Virus record (IMG/VR): IMGVR_UViG_3300045988_155882
DNA: 62,567 nucleotides
Direction: 5' to 3' (one strand)
DNA from: a virus
Below the pieces are notes generated by a model that ran no database searches, was not told where the DNA came from, and saw nothing but the letters and a program-made list of their open reading frames with translations. Made by a program: the position numbers and the translations under genes. Positions 55,748-62,567 of the stretch are shown here, piece after piece (within the stretch, counting starts at the first letter, position 1; the number at the start of each line of letters is the position of its first letter).

Positions 55748-55865
55748 TATGTAATTATCCCGTGGCTCTCAATAGATGTTTGAGAGTAGTAAGGCAACCA
55801 TCGGAACGCCCACGGGAGTTAACTAAATTGTAACAGCAATGGATACGCTTTTCAACTATATTAAT

Positions 55866-56351
55866 CTATTCTTCGTTTTCTTTCTCGGGTTCGGATGCGG
55901 CATTATTTTTGTCTATTTGATGACGAAAATAATAGACAAAGCAATTCACGCATGCTCTGACAATCAAGAAGCCAAATGCAATAAATCCGTAAAAGAAGAT
56001 ATATGTAAGAAAGAAAATCCTTATCACATATCTATATCCAAGATTGTAATTAGCAGGAAAGAAGATAAGAAGGGAGGAGGCGATGACGGTACCCGAAAGT
56101 AGGAATAAGTATTGGGGTTTATATCGAATTCTTGCCGCTATATACGCAACGGCAACAAAAAGGTACGATATATACACGCAAATGATAGATGCAGTGGCTG
56201 AGAAAACAACCTGTTCATAAAACTCCAAGTTGGCAAACTCGGGTATGTACAGATACAAGACAGTAAATAAGACGGGGAACGATACCGCAAAAGCGGTAAA
56301 CAAAGACTTATGCTCCATATTGTAGCATTTGATTAATTCTGATAAATCCAT
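55866..56351 (-). CDS. multi-pass membrane protein (161 aa), opposite-strand moron
   Basis: Four or five hydrophobic segments; preferred over the overlapping 87-aa plus ORF. Confidence 0.55.
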   Translation of the reverse strand: MDLSELIKCYNMEHKSLFTAFAVSFPVLFTVLYLYIPEFANLEFYEQVVFSATASIICVYISYLFVAVAYIAARIRYKPQYLFLLSGTVIASSLLIFFPANYNLGYRYVIRIFFLTYIFFYGFIAFGFLIVRACVNCFVYYFRHQIDKNNAASEPEKENEE

Positions 56352-56515
56352 ATTTCTTAATTTTTAGTTTGGCGACACAAAATTAAGAAAATCCCCTGAT
56401 AATAACGTGATGTTGCCAATCGAATTGGTTCAGGGGAACAAAGCCTGTAAGGGTGAATAATTCATGATAGCTTTTTAATGTAGACAGTCCCGTCCACGTG
56501 CTGGTCGGGGAACAC

Positions 56516-56619
56516 TGCGACGTGGCGGAATGGTAGACGTAGCACTCTATGATAGGAATGTCAAACCTTAGATGTGCGGAGCTTGACAACTCGTCCCGGT
56601 TCGAGTCCGGGTGTCGCAA
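56516..56619 (+). tRNA. class-II-like (Leu-type D-arm, long variable arm) tRNA-derived gene with elongated anticodon arm
   Basis: TGCGACG/TGTCGCA acceptor, TG-GCGG-AATGGTAG-ACGT D-arm, CCCGG-TTCGAGT-CCGGG T-arm; GCAC/GTGC stem encloses 28 nt that extend the helix (TCTA/TAGA, AGG/CCT) to a 9-nt loop. Confidence 0.55.
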
Positions 56620-56713
56620 CATCTTCACTACAGATGAAGTATTTGTTTAGTTGTAGCCGGGCGGTCTGTGAAGATAGTCCGGTTTTTATTTGAAACCCAT
56701 TAATAACAATTAT

Positions 56714-57190
56714 ATGAAAACATTACAATTAAGTGAACAAAAAGCCCGTGAACTATATCGGAGCGGTTCAAAAGAACTAAAAACAGTATTGGAAGAATCC
56801 TTTGGAGAGGATTTCTTTTCACAAGACGTTACAGAAAGAGTGAAAACCTACCTTGATGCTTGTCACGAGTTGGGAAGGGAACCACTCGATGAGAAAAAGC
56901 TATTGGAGTTAGGCCTGACGGAACACGATATTGCTTATCAAAAGCTGGCTATCGTTACGGAAGCTCTAAATGGAGGTCAGAAACTTAATGTATGCGATGC
57001 TAACGTGGAACGTTGGTATCCGTGGTTCAAGCCTAATGGGTCTCCTTCCTCTTTCGCTTTCGACGGTTCGTATTGCGGTGATGCGTATGCGTTTGCGGGT
57101 AGCGGGTCTCGCCTTTGTTTGAAAAGCGAAAAGCTTTCCAATTATTGCGGGAAGCAATTCATTGATTTGTGGAAACAATTTATTCTATAA
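56714..57190 (+). CDS. DGR variable protein 1 (158 aa)
   Basis: C-terminal VR1; paralog of the next gene. Confidence 0.8.
   Translation: MKTLQLSEQKARELYRSGSKELKTVLEESFGEDFFSQDVTERVKTYLDACHELGREPLDEKKLLELGLTEHDIAYQKLAIVTEALNGGQKLNVCDANVERWYPWFKPNGSPSSFAFDGSYCGDAYAFAGSGSRLCLKSEKLSNYCGKQFIDLWKQFIL
57040..57119 (+). repeat. DGR variable repeat VR1
   Basis: 80 nt aligned to TR: 11 mismatches, 10 at TR adenines. Confidence 0.85.
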
Positions 57191-57208
57191 CCCTATAAAC
57201 TTACAATT

Positions 57209-57682
57209 ATGACTTTAAATGTAGATAAAAAGAGCGCTTTAAAGGCTTGGAGAGAAGCGGACAATAAAGGAAAGCAGATGCTTGAAAATCTATACGGCAA
57301 AGAAATATTTGCCAATCAAAACGTAATGGATAGAATCAAAACGTTTGAAGACGCAATGGAAGAAACAGGAAGAAAAGGTGTCCCTGATTTTTCAGATTTA
57401 CCCAAAGACATGCGCAGGCATTTCATTGCGTTATATAAAATGGAAGTTATTACGGAAGCTCTGAATGAAGGCTGGAAAGCAGACTGGGATAACTCGGATG
57501 AGAACAAGTATTATCCCTATTTCATTATGTCTCCTTCCTCTTTCGCTTTCCGCGATTCGTGTTACGATGATGCGTCTGCGGTTGCGGGTAGCGGGTCTCG
57601 CCTATGTTGTAAAACACGCGAACTTGCGGAATATTCGGCAAAACAATTTATTGACATTTGGAAAGACATCCAGATAGGATAA
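57209..57682 (+). CDS. DGR variable protein 2 (157 aa)
   Basis: C-terminal VR2. Confidence 0.8.
   Translation: MTLNVDKKSALKAWREADNKGKQMLENLYGKEIFANQNVMDRIKTFEDAMEETGRKGVPDFSDLPKDMRRHFIALYKMEVITEALNEGWKADWDNSDENKYYPYFIMSPSSFAFRDSCYDDASAVAGSGSRLCCKTRELAEYSAKQFIDIWKDIQIG
57528..57615 (+). repeat. DGR variable repeat VR2
   Basis: 88 nt aligned to TR: 9 mismatches, all at TR adenines. Confidence 0.9.
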
Positions 57683-57704
57683 GCATACAAAGGTCGTCTG
57701 CCCT

Positions 57705-57792
57705 TGTCTCCTTCCTCTTTCGCTTTCCACGATTCGAATTACGATAATGCGTATGCGAATGCAGGTAGCAGGTCTCGCCTATGTTGTAAAAC
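57705..57792 (+). repeat. DGR template repeat (TR)
   Basis: A-rich copy (…HDSNYDNAYANAGSRS… if translated); 95 nt upstream of RT. Confidence 0.9.
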
Positions 57793-57887
57793 TTCAAAGG
57801 GCAGAAACCTCACCTCTTGGTGGAAAACAACAATTCAAACGGTGTTGGTAGGTTTAACCCGAAAACTCTTATTAGAAAACAAAGGCT

Positions 57888-58874
57888 ATGAAACGCTTTG
57901 GGAATTTATATCATCGCATCTATGATATAGATAATCTTTATCTTGCTTATTCTAAAGCTAAAAAGGGCAAAGGAAAAACGTATGGAGTTATTCAGTTTGA
58001 GAAAGATTTGGATAACAACATACTTTCCTTGCACAAAGAATTGTCGGAAAGAAGCTATATCACTTCTCAATACACGACTTTCATTATACATGACCCAAAG
58101 GAGCGTGAGATATACAGGCTACCATTTCGTGACCGTGTTGTGCATCACGCTATAATGAACATCCTTGAAGATATATGGACACCGATTTTCATTTCACACA
58201 CTTATTCCTGTATCAAAGGAAAAGGCATTCATGGAGTGGTTAAACATTTGAAGAAAGACCTGAAAGATGCTGATGGAACAAAATATTGTCTGAAAATGGA
58301 TATTCGCAAATATTATCCGTCAATAGACCACTCCATACTGAAACGTATCATACGTAAGAAAATAAAAGACATAAAGGTGCTTGCCCTTCTGGATGGTATT
58401 ATAGATTCAGCACCGGGTGTTCCTATCGGTAACTATCTTTCCCAATTCTTTGCGAATCTATATCTTTCTTATTTCGACCATTGGATTAAGGAAGAAAAGC
58501 GAATGCCATATTATTACAGATATGCCGATGACATGGTGATACTTTCCAGCAGCAAGAAAGAGTTACACAGTATTCTTCTTGAAATCAACTCATATCTTAA
58601 TGAGAAACTGCACCTGCAATTAAAGGGCAACTATCAGTTTTTTCCGGTAGATAGCAGGGGAATAGATTTCGTGGGATACGTATTTTTTCATACGCATACA
58701 TTGATGCGGAAATCCATAAAGAAAAACTTTTGCCGTAAAGTATCTGCATTAAACAAAAAGAATATAACCCCGCATGATTACAAAATGGCAATCTGTTCAT
58801 GGCTGGGTTGGGCGAAGCATTGTAATTCTAAGCACCTTATTAAAAAGATTATTAAGAATGAAAAGATTCAGTGA
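57888..58874 (+). CDS. DGR-type reverse transcriptase
   Basis: VPIGNYLSQFFANLYL and YYRYADDMVIL motifs; 328 aa. Confidence 0.85.
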   Translation: MKRFGNLYHRIYDIDNLYLAYSKAKKGKGKTYGVIQFEKDLDNNILSLHKELSERSYITSQYTTFIIHDPKEREIYRLPFRDRVVHHAIMNILEDIWTPIFISHTYSCIKGKGIHGVVKHLKKDLKDADGTKYCLKMDIRKYYPSIDHSILKRIIRKKIKDIKVLALLDGIIDSAPGVPIGNYLSQFFANLYLSYFDHWIKEEKRMPYYYRYADDMVILSSSKKELHSILLEINSYLNEKLHLQLKGNYQFFPVDSRGIDFVGYVFFHTHTLMRKSIKKNFCRKVSALNKKNITPHDYKMAICSWLGWAKHCNSKHLIKKIIKNEKIQ

Positions 58875-59175
58875 ATTAGGAATTGAAATTGATGCAGACC
58901 GACATATATTTCCAGTTCCGCAGGTTTCAATAACCGATATTCTTAACTGTGAAATTGAAATACTTGATTTTGAATCGGGTGTAAAAACACAGCATGGTTC
59001 AGACAGATATGTAGTAAAAATAAAACATGAAGGTACGGAATGCAAGTTCTTTACAAACTCCACTCCTATTAAAGAAGCCCTAAGCAAGATTTCCAAAAAA
59101 GACTTTCCGTTCATTACAACTATCAGAGTGAAGAAGTTGGGAGTTGGGAACAGCAAGATATACTATTTTACTTAA
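58858..59175 (+). CDS. hypothetical protein (105 aa) overlapping the RT stop; possible DGR accessory
   Basis: ATG 58858 in frame with track ORF 58774..59175; 17-nt overlap with RT. Confidence 0.5.
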   Translation: MKRFSELGIEIDADRHIFPVPQVSITDILNCEIEILDFESGVKTQHGSDRYVVKIKHEGTECKFFTNSTPIKEALSKISKKDFPFITTIRVKKLGVGNSKIYYFT

Positions 59176-59289
59176 CCAAATTCAGCCGCAGAAAAGGTCA
59201 GAGCTATTACCGTACTAAAAGCCGTGAGAGAAGCAAAGTGCGCACCGCTTCCCTTTAACCTTGTACGGGCGGTTTAAAAACACAATACA

Positions 59290-59526
59290 ATGGAAAATGA
59301 ACTTGAAGAACTGTACAAGGAGCTGAACGAAGTCAAAACTTGTGATTTGGAATATCTTCCCAAATACGGCTATTCTTCAAAAGAAGAAATCATTCAGCTT
59401 ATAGAGGAAGACATTGAGGAGTTGCGCGCAGAACTTGAATGTAGTCAATATGATTATACACCTGACGAACTCGAAGACGAAAGGATGTTTCTTTGCGTTA
59501 GTCAAGGGATGCCAAGACATTGTTAA
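59290..59526 (+). CDS. highly acidic small protein (78 aa)
   Basis: ORF track; about one third D/E. Confidence 0.5.
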   Translation: MENELEELYKELNEVKTCDLEYLPKYGYSSKEEIIQLIEEDIEELRAELECSQYDYTPDELEDERMFLCVSQGMPRHC

Positions 59527-59538
59527 ATTATCAACATT

Positions 59539-60207
59539 ATGGAGAATAACTTAGATTTATACAACCGCGTCAGAAAAGTCCCCCAAGAAGCTATAAAAAG
59601 TATTGCTGCGGGAAGATTGAAAGGTATGTCTGATATAAACCCTATGTGGCGCATAAAAAGGCTTACCGAAGAATTTGGAGTGTGTGGTTTCGGATGGAAA
59701 TATGAAATCATCCGAATGTGGAACGAAAATGGTGGCAATGGAGTAATATCCAGTTTCGTTCACATAAACCTATTTGTAAAAATGAACGGGGAATGGAGCG
59801 AGGCTATACAAGGCATCGGCGGTTCTTCATTTGTGACAAATGAGAAAAACGGTCTCTATACATCGGATGAATGTTTCAAAATGGCCTTAACGGATGCCAT
59901 ATCAGTGGCTTGCAAAGCATTAGGAATGGGGGCTGATGTTTATTGGGATAAAGATTCGACAAAATACAACCAAACAAGCATGCAAGCGGCGCCTGTTACA
60001 GACAATCGAAAGTTGCTTAACAAAGAACAGTTTAACGATGAGAAGCTGATGGAGTGGATATATAAATATTTGACTAAAGCCAAAAATGAAGGCAAACGCC
60101 TTTCTCTCGTAAACCTTGTAAATGAAAGTTACAAGGTTGCCCAAGAAGATATAAGTATCATATCTGCCAATTACGAACAATACAGAATTAATAATAACCT
60201 ACCATGA
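59539..60207 (+). CDS. putative single-strand annealing protein (Rad52/Sak-like)
   Basis: AAGRLKGMSDINPMWRIKRLTEEFGVCGFGWKYEI pattern; next to a nuclease. Confidence 0.5.
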   Translation: MENNLDLYNRVRKVPQEAIKSIAAGRLKGMSDINPMWRIKRLTEEFGVCGFGWKYEIIRMWNENGGNGVISSFVHINLFVKMNGEWSEAIQGIGGSSFVTNEKNGLYTSDECFKMALTDAISVACKALGMGADVYWDKDSTKYNQTSMQAAPVTDNRKLLNKEQFNDEKLMEWIYKYLTKAKNEGKRLSLVNLVNESYKVAQEDISIISANYEQYRINNNLP

Positions 60208-60686
60208 GTAAAGAATTATCAATTAGCAAAATTCCGGCTACAAAATCAGAACAGGAACAATTAGCTTCCCTTTTTATTCAAAAAGTACTTGATGGAGAAA
60301 TCAGTGCCATAGAAGCCGTTATTCAAATGAAAAGCATCGGTGAATCCATATCTATTTTTTTGAAAAACAATGATATAAGAGAAGCAGTAATCAAGGAAAC
60401 GGAAAAATACGGAAAAGGCGAAACTCCGTCATACAAAGGAGCCGTTGTTCAAGTAAAAGAGACATCTGTGAAATATGATTTTGCAGGATGCAATGACATT
60501 GTTTGGGATAAACTGAACAAGGAAAAGAAAGAAGTGGATGAAAAGATAAAGCAACGTGAAAGTTTCCTTAAGCTTGTAAATACCAATAAAACGGAAATAG
60601 ATGAAGAAACCGGTGAGATATATACAATATTTCCGCCTGCGCGTTCATCTACCACATCTTATGCTATTACATTCAAAAAACAATAG
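60204..60686 (+). CDS. hypothetical protein (160 aa)
   Basis: ORF track. Confidence 0.55.
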   Translation: MSKELSISKIPATKSEQEQLASLFIQKVLDGEISAIEAVIQMKSIGESISIFLKNNDIREAVIKETEKYGKGETPSYKGAVVQVKETSVKYDFAGCNDIVWDKLNKEKKEVDEKIKQRESFLKLVNTNKTEIDEETGEIYTIFPPARSSTTSYAITFKKQ

Positions 60687-60688
60687 TT

Positions 60689-61375
60689 ATGTATCGAATA
60701 AGTGTCACTTCCTTAGAAGCCTTTCGGCGTTTCAGAGACAAACATTCCATATGGGATACAGAAGAACGCCTTCTTAATGTTCTTGCGGGAATAAAAGAGC
60801 CTAACGCTTATGCGGCAATAGGCTCTTGTTTTCATAAGATAGTAGAAACAGGGAAAGCAACATATGTGGGAAGAGGGATATTCGAGCAGGAGCAAGAAGG
60901 GGCTATTGTCAGGTTTAACAGTAAAGCCGTTGAAAATGCCATTTTTTACCGGAATAAATTTCCTGATGCCCAACATGAGGTACACGGCGGTAAAGACTAC
61001 CATTCTTCACATTTTGATATACATGTACATGGTTATGCGGATTTAAAATATGCCAAAGTAATTCGGGATATTAAAACCAAGTACTCCACACCGCATACGG
61101 AAGATTATACAAAATCATGCCAGTGGACTTTTTATCTTGATATTTTTGATTGTTCCATTTTCTACTTTGATTTATTTCAGTTCGAGGGGTACAAACGTAA
61201 CATGCTCACCGATGTGACATCTACAGGTTTTATCCTTTACGAACCTATTGAATGTATTCGAACAGATTTGTCTGAAAAATACAATCAAGGTATAGTGGAA
61301 GATTTCTGCAAGTATATACATACAAATAACCTATACCACTTGTTGAAAACGAAAGAAGAACTTTATCAACTTTAA
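60689..61375 (+). CDS. PD-(D/E)XK family nuclease
   Basis: GYADLKYAKVIRDIKT D...D-x-K arrangement. Confidence 0.55.
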   Translation: MYRISVTSLEAFRRFRDKHSIWDTEERLLNVLAGIKEPNAYAAIGSCFHKIVETGKATYVGRGIFEQEQEGAIVRFNSKAVENAIFYRNKFPDAQHEVHGGKDYHSSHFDIHVHGYADLKYAKVIRDIKTKYSTPHTEDYTKSCQWTFYLDIFDCSIFYFDLFQFEGYKRNMLTDVTSTGFILYEPIECIRTDLSEKYNQGIVEDFCKYIHTNNLYHLLKTKEELYQL

Positions 61376-61387
61376 AATATTGATTTT

Positions 61388-61687
61388 ATGATTTTAACAG
61401 GAAGTATTTGTCTTAGTGACATTCCCCGTGAGCAAATGAAGAAAGTAATCTGCAAAGACGGGAAAGAGAAAATTTATTTAAATGTGGCGGTTATCGAACG
61501 CAAGGAACCTTCACAGTTTGGGCATACCCATTTTATTACTTGTGCCCCAAAACAAGAAGAACGCAAAGAAGGCATACAGTATATTTTTGGAGATTTCAAG
61601 GAATATAAGCCCGTTCAGAGCAGCCCCACACCGGAACAGATTGCGGAAGCTCCGGGATTATCCCCGCAAGATGATTTGCCATTCTAA
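61388..61687 (+). CDS. hypothetical protein (99 aa)
   Basis: ORF track. Confidence 0.5.
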   Translation: MILTGSICLSDIPREQMKKVICKDGKEKIYLNVAVIERKEPSQFGHTHFITCAPKQEERKEGIQYIFGDFKEYKPVQSSPTPEQIAEAPGLSPQDDLPF

Positions 61688-61693
61688 AATATT

Positions 61694-62131
61694 ATGCAAT
61701 ACGACCTATCCAACCCACTCCACAAAGAACAGTTCAAAATACGATGTAACTATCTCTTCTCAAAGGGTTGCATTGTGGAACTGACGGAAAAGAAACCTAA
61801 GAGGACAACGCAGCAGAACAAATACCTGCACACCCTTTTAGGCTTCTTCGCTTGTGAGACGGGGAACACGCTGGAATACGTAAAACAGAACTATTACAAA
61901 AAGTTAGTAAATCCTACAATATTCACCCGTAAGATTAATGATAAGTTTTTGGGAGAAGTGGAAGTTTTACGTAGCTCCACTGATTTAGATACAGCGGAAA
62001 TGACGACGAGCATTGAGCGTTTTCGTAATTGGGCGAGTGCTGAATGCGGCGTTTATCTTCCAAGTCCTGATGAAGAGAGGTTATTGCAATTAATGGAGAT
62101 TGAAATAGACAGAAACAAAACATTTATTTAA
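61694..62131 (+). CDS. NinB/Orf-like recombination mediator
   Basis: KRTTQQNKYLHTLLGFFA ... SSTDLDTAEMTTSIERFRNWASAECGVYLP pattern. Confidence 0.5.
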   Translation: MQYDLSNPLHKEQFKIRCNYLFSKGCIVELTEKKPKRTTQQNKYLHTLLGFFACETGNTLEYVKQNYYKKLVNPTIFTRKINDKFLGEVEVLRSSTDLDTAEMTTSIERFRNWASAECGVYLPSPDEERLLQLMEIEIDRNKTFI

Positions 62132-62142
62132 AATAAAAAATT

Positions 62143-62567
62143 ATGCACACATGGTTTGAGTGTAAAATCCGTTATGAAAAAACAATGGAAAACGGAATGA
62201 ACAAAAAAGTTACCGAACCTTATCTGGTAGATGCACTCAGTTTTACGGAAGCAGAAGCACGTATCATCGAAGAGATGGCACCGTTTATTTCAGGAGAATT
62301 CACGGTATCGGACATCAAACGTGCCAACTATAGCGAACTGTTTCCATGCGAAGAGGAAGCCGCCGACCGTTGGTTCAAATGCAAGCTGGTTTTCATCACA
62401 TTGGACGAGAAAAGCGGTGCTGAGAAAAAAACGTCTACCCAGGTATTGGTGCAGGCAGCCGACTTGCGTGATGCGGTAAAGAATCTGGATGAAGGCATGA
62501 AAGGCACAATGGCCGACTACCAAATTGCATCGGTAGCGGAAACCGCCATCATGGATGTATATCCGTA
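62143..62567 (+). CDS. DUF4494-like protein, N-terminal part (continues at 56..236 after collapsing the overlap)
   Basis: ATG 62143 MHTWFECKIRYEKTMENGMNKKVTEPYLVDALSFTEAEARIIEEM...; no stop before the window end. Confidence 0.8.
   Translation, partial: MHTWFECKIRYEKTMENGMNKKVTEPYLVDALSFTEAEARIIEEMAPFISGEFTVSDIKRANYSELFPCEEEAADRWFKCKLVFITLDEKSGAEKKTSTQVLVQAADLRDAVKNLDEGMKGTMADYQIASVAETAIMDVYP
62513..62567. repeat. Terminal overlap identical to 1-55
   Basis: Exact identity. Confidence 0.95.

Larger units (their letters stand above)
56714..59175 (+). mobile_element. Diversity-generating retroelement cassette (two targets, TR, RT, small downstream ORF)
   Basis: See the TR/VR/RT features. Confidence 0.85.
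1..62567. mobile_element. Complete circularly assembled temperate tailed-phage genome (HK97-type head, long tape measure); unique length about 62,512 bp
   Basis: 55-nt terminal overlap; an ORF reads in frame across the junction; full packaging/head/tail/lysis module plus integrase, attP-like site and repressor-like genes. Confidence 0.85.

Noticed and set aside
55839-56102. 87-aa plus-strand ORF
   Set aside because: It overlaps the longer 161-aa minus-strand multi-TM ORF, which looks more protein-like. This is kept only as an unresolved alternative.
56383-56628. 81-aa minus-strand ORF
   Set aside because: It is antisense to the tRNA-derived gene and flanking hairpins, and its composition is not protein-like.
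57704-57925. 73-aa ORF MSPSSFAFHDSNYDNAYANAG...
   Set aside because: This is the DGR template repeat read in the VR frame. It has no upstream N-terminal domain and runs into the RT start, so it is treated as non-coding TR RNA.

Overview
The window is a complete, circularly assembled temperate tailed-phage genome. The first 55 nt equal the last 55 nt, giving about 62,512 bp of unique sequence. The host is most likely Bacteroidales, judged from many TAnnTTTG promoter boxes and Bacteroides-type gene families. The plus-strand block runs from 53.2 kb across the junction to 13.9 kb. It carries early and accessory genes: an excisionase-like HTH, a DGR cassette, a Rad52-like annealase, a PD-(D/E)XK nuclease, NinB-like and RusA proteins, four antirepressor-family genes, a C5 methyltransferase and HNH homing endonucleases. 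The minus-strand block runs from 47.1 down to 14.0 kb. It carries terminase, portal, HK97-type protease and capsid, tail, tape measure, fibres, holin/amidase, a depolymerase-like tailspike and a cluster of unknown genes. The region 47.2-53.1 kb is the lysogeny/accessory region, with a tyrosine integrase, a tRNA-derived attP core with arm repeats, a Panacea-type TA pair, an XRE repressor and RNase HI. The most notable observations are listed here. (1) An apparently active diversity-generating retroelement with two tandem variable genes. (2) Two tRNA genes with grossly expanded anticodon arms. (3) Two roughly 350-nt structured non-coding regions, one upstream of RNase HI and one next to an expanded tRNA. 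(4) A methyltransferase locus whose coding signal is spread over two overlapping 1.4-kb open frames with an embedded HNH-AP2 endonuclease. (5) A repeated operator/promoter architecture and conserved late-leader hairpins. Family names come from motif recognition by eye only; no database search was run.
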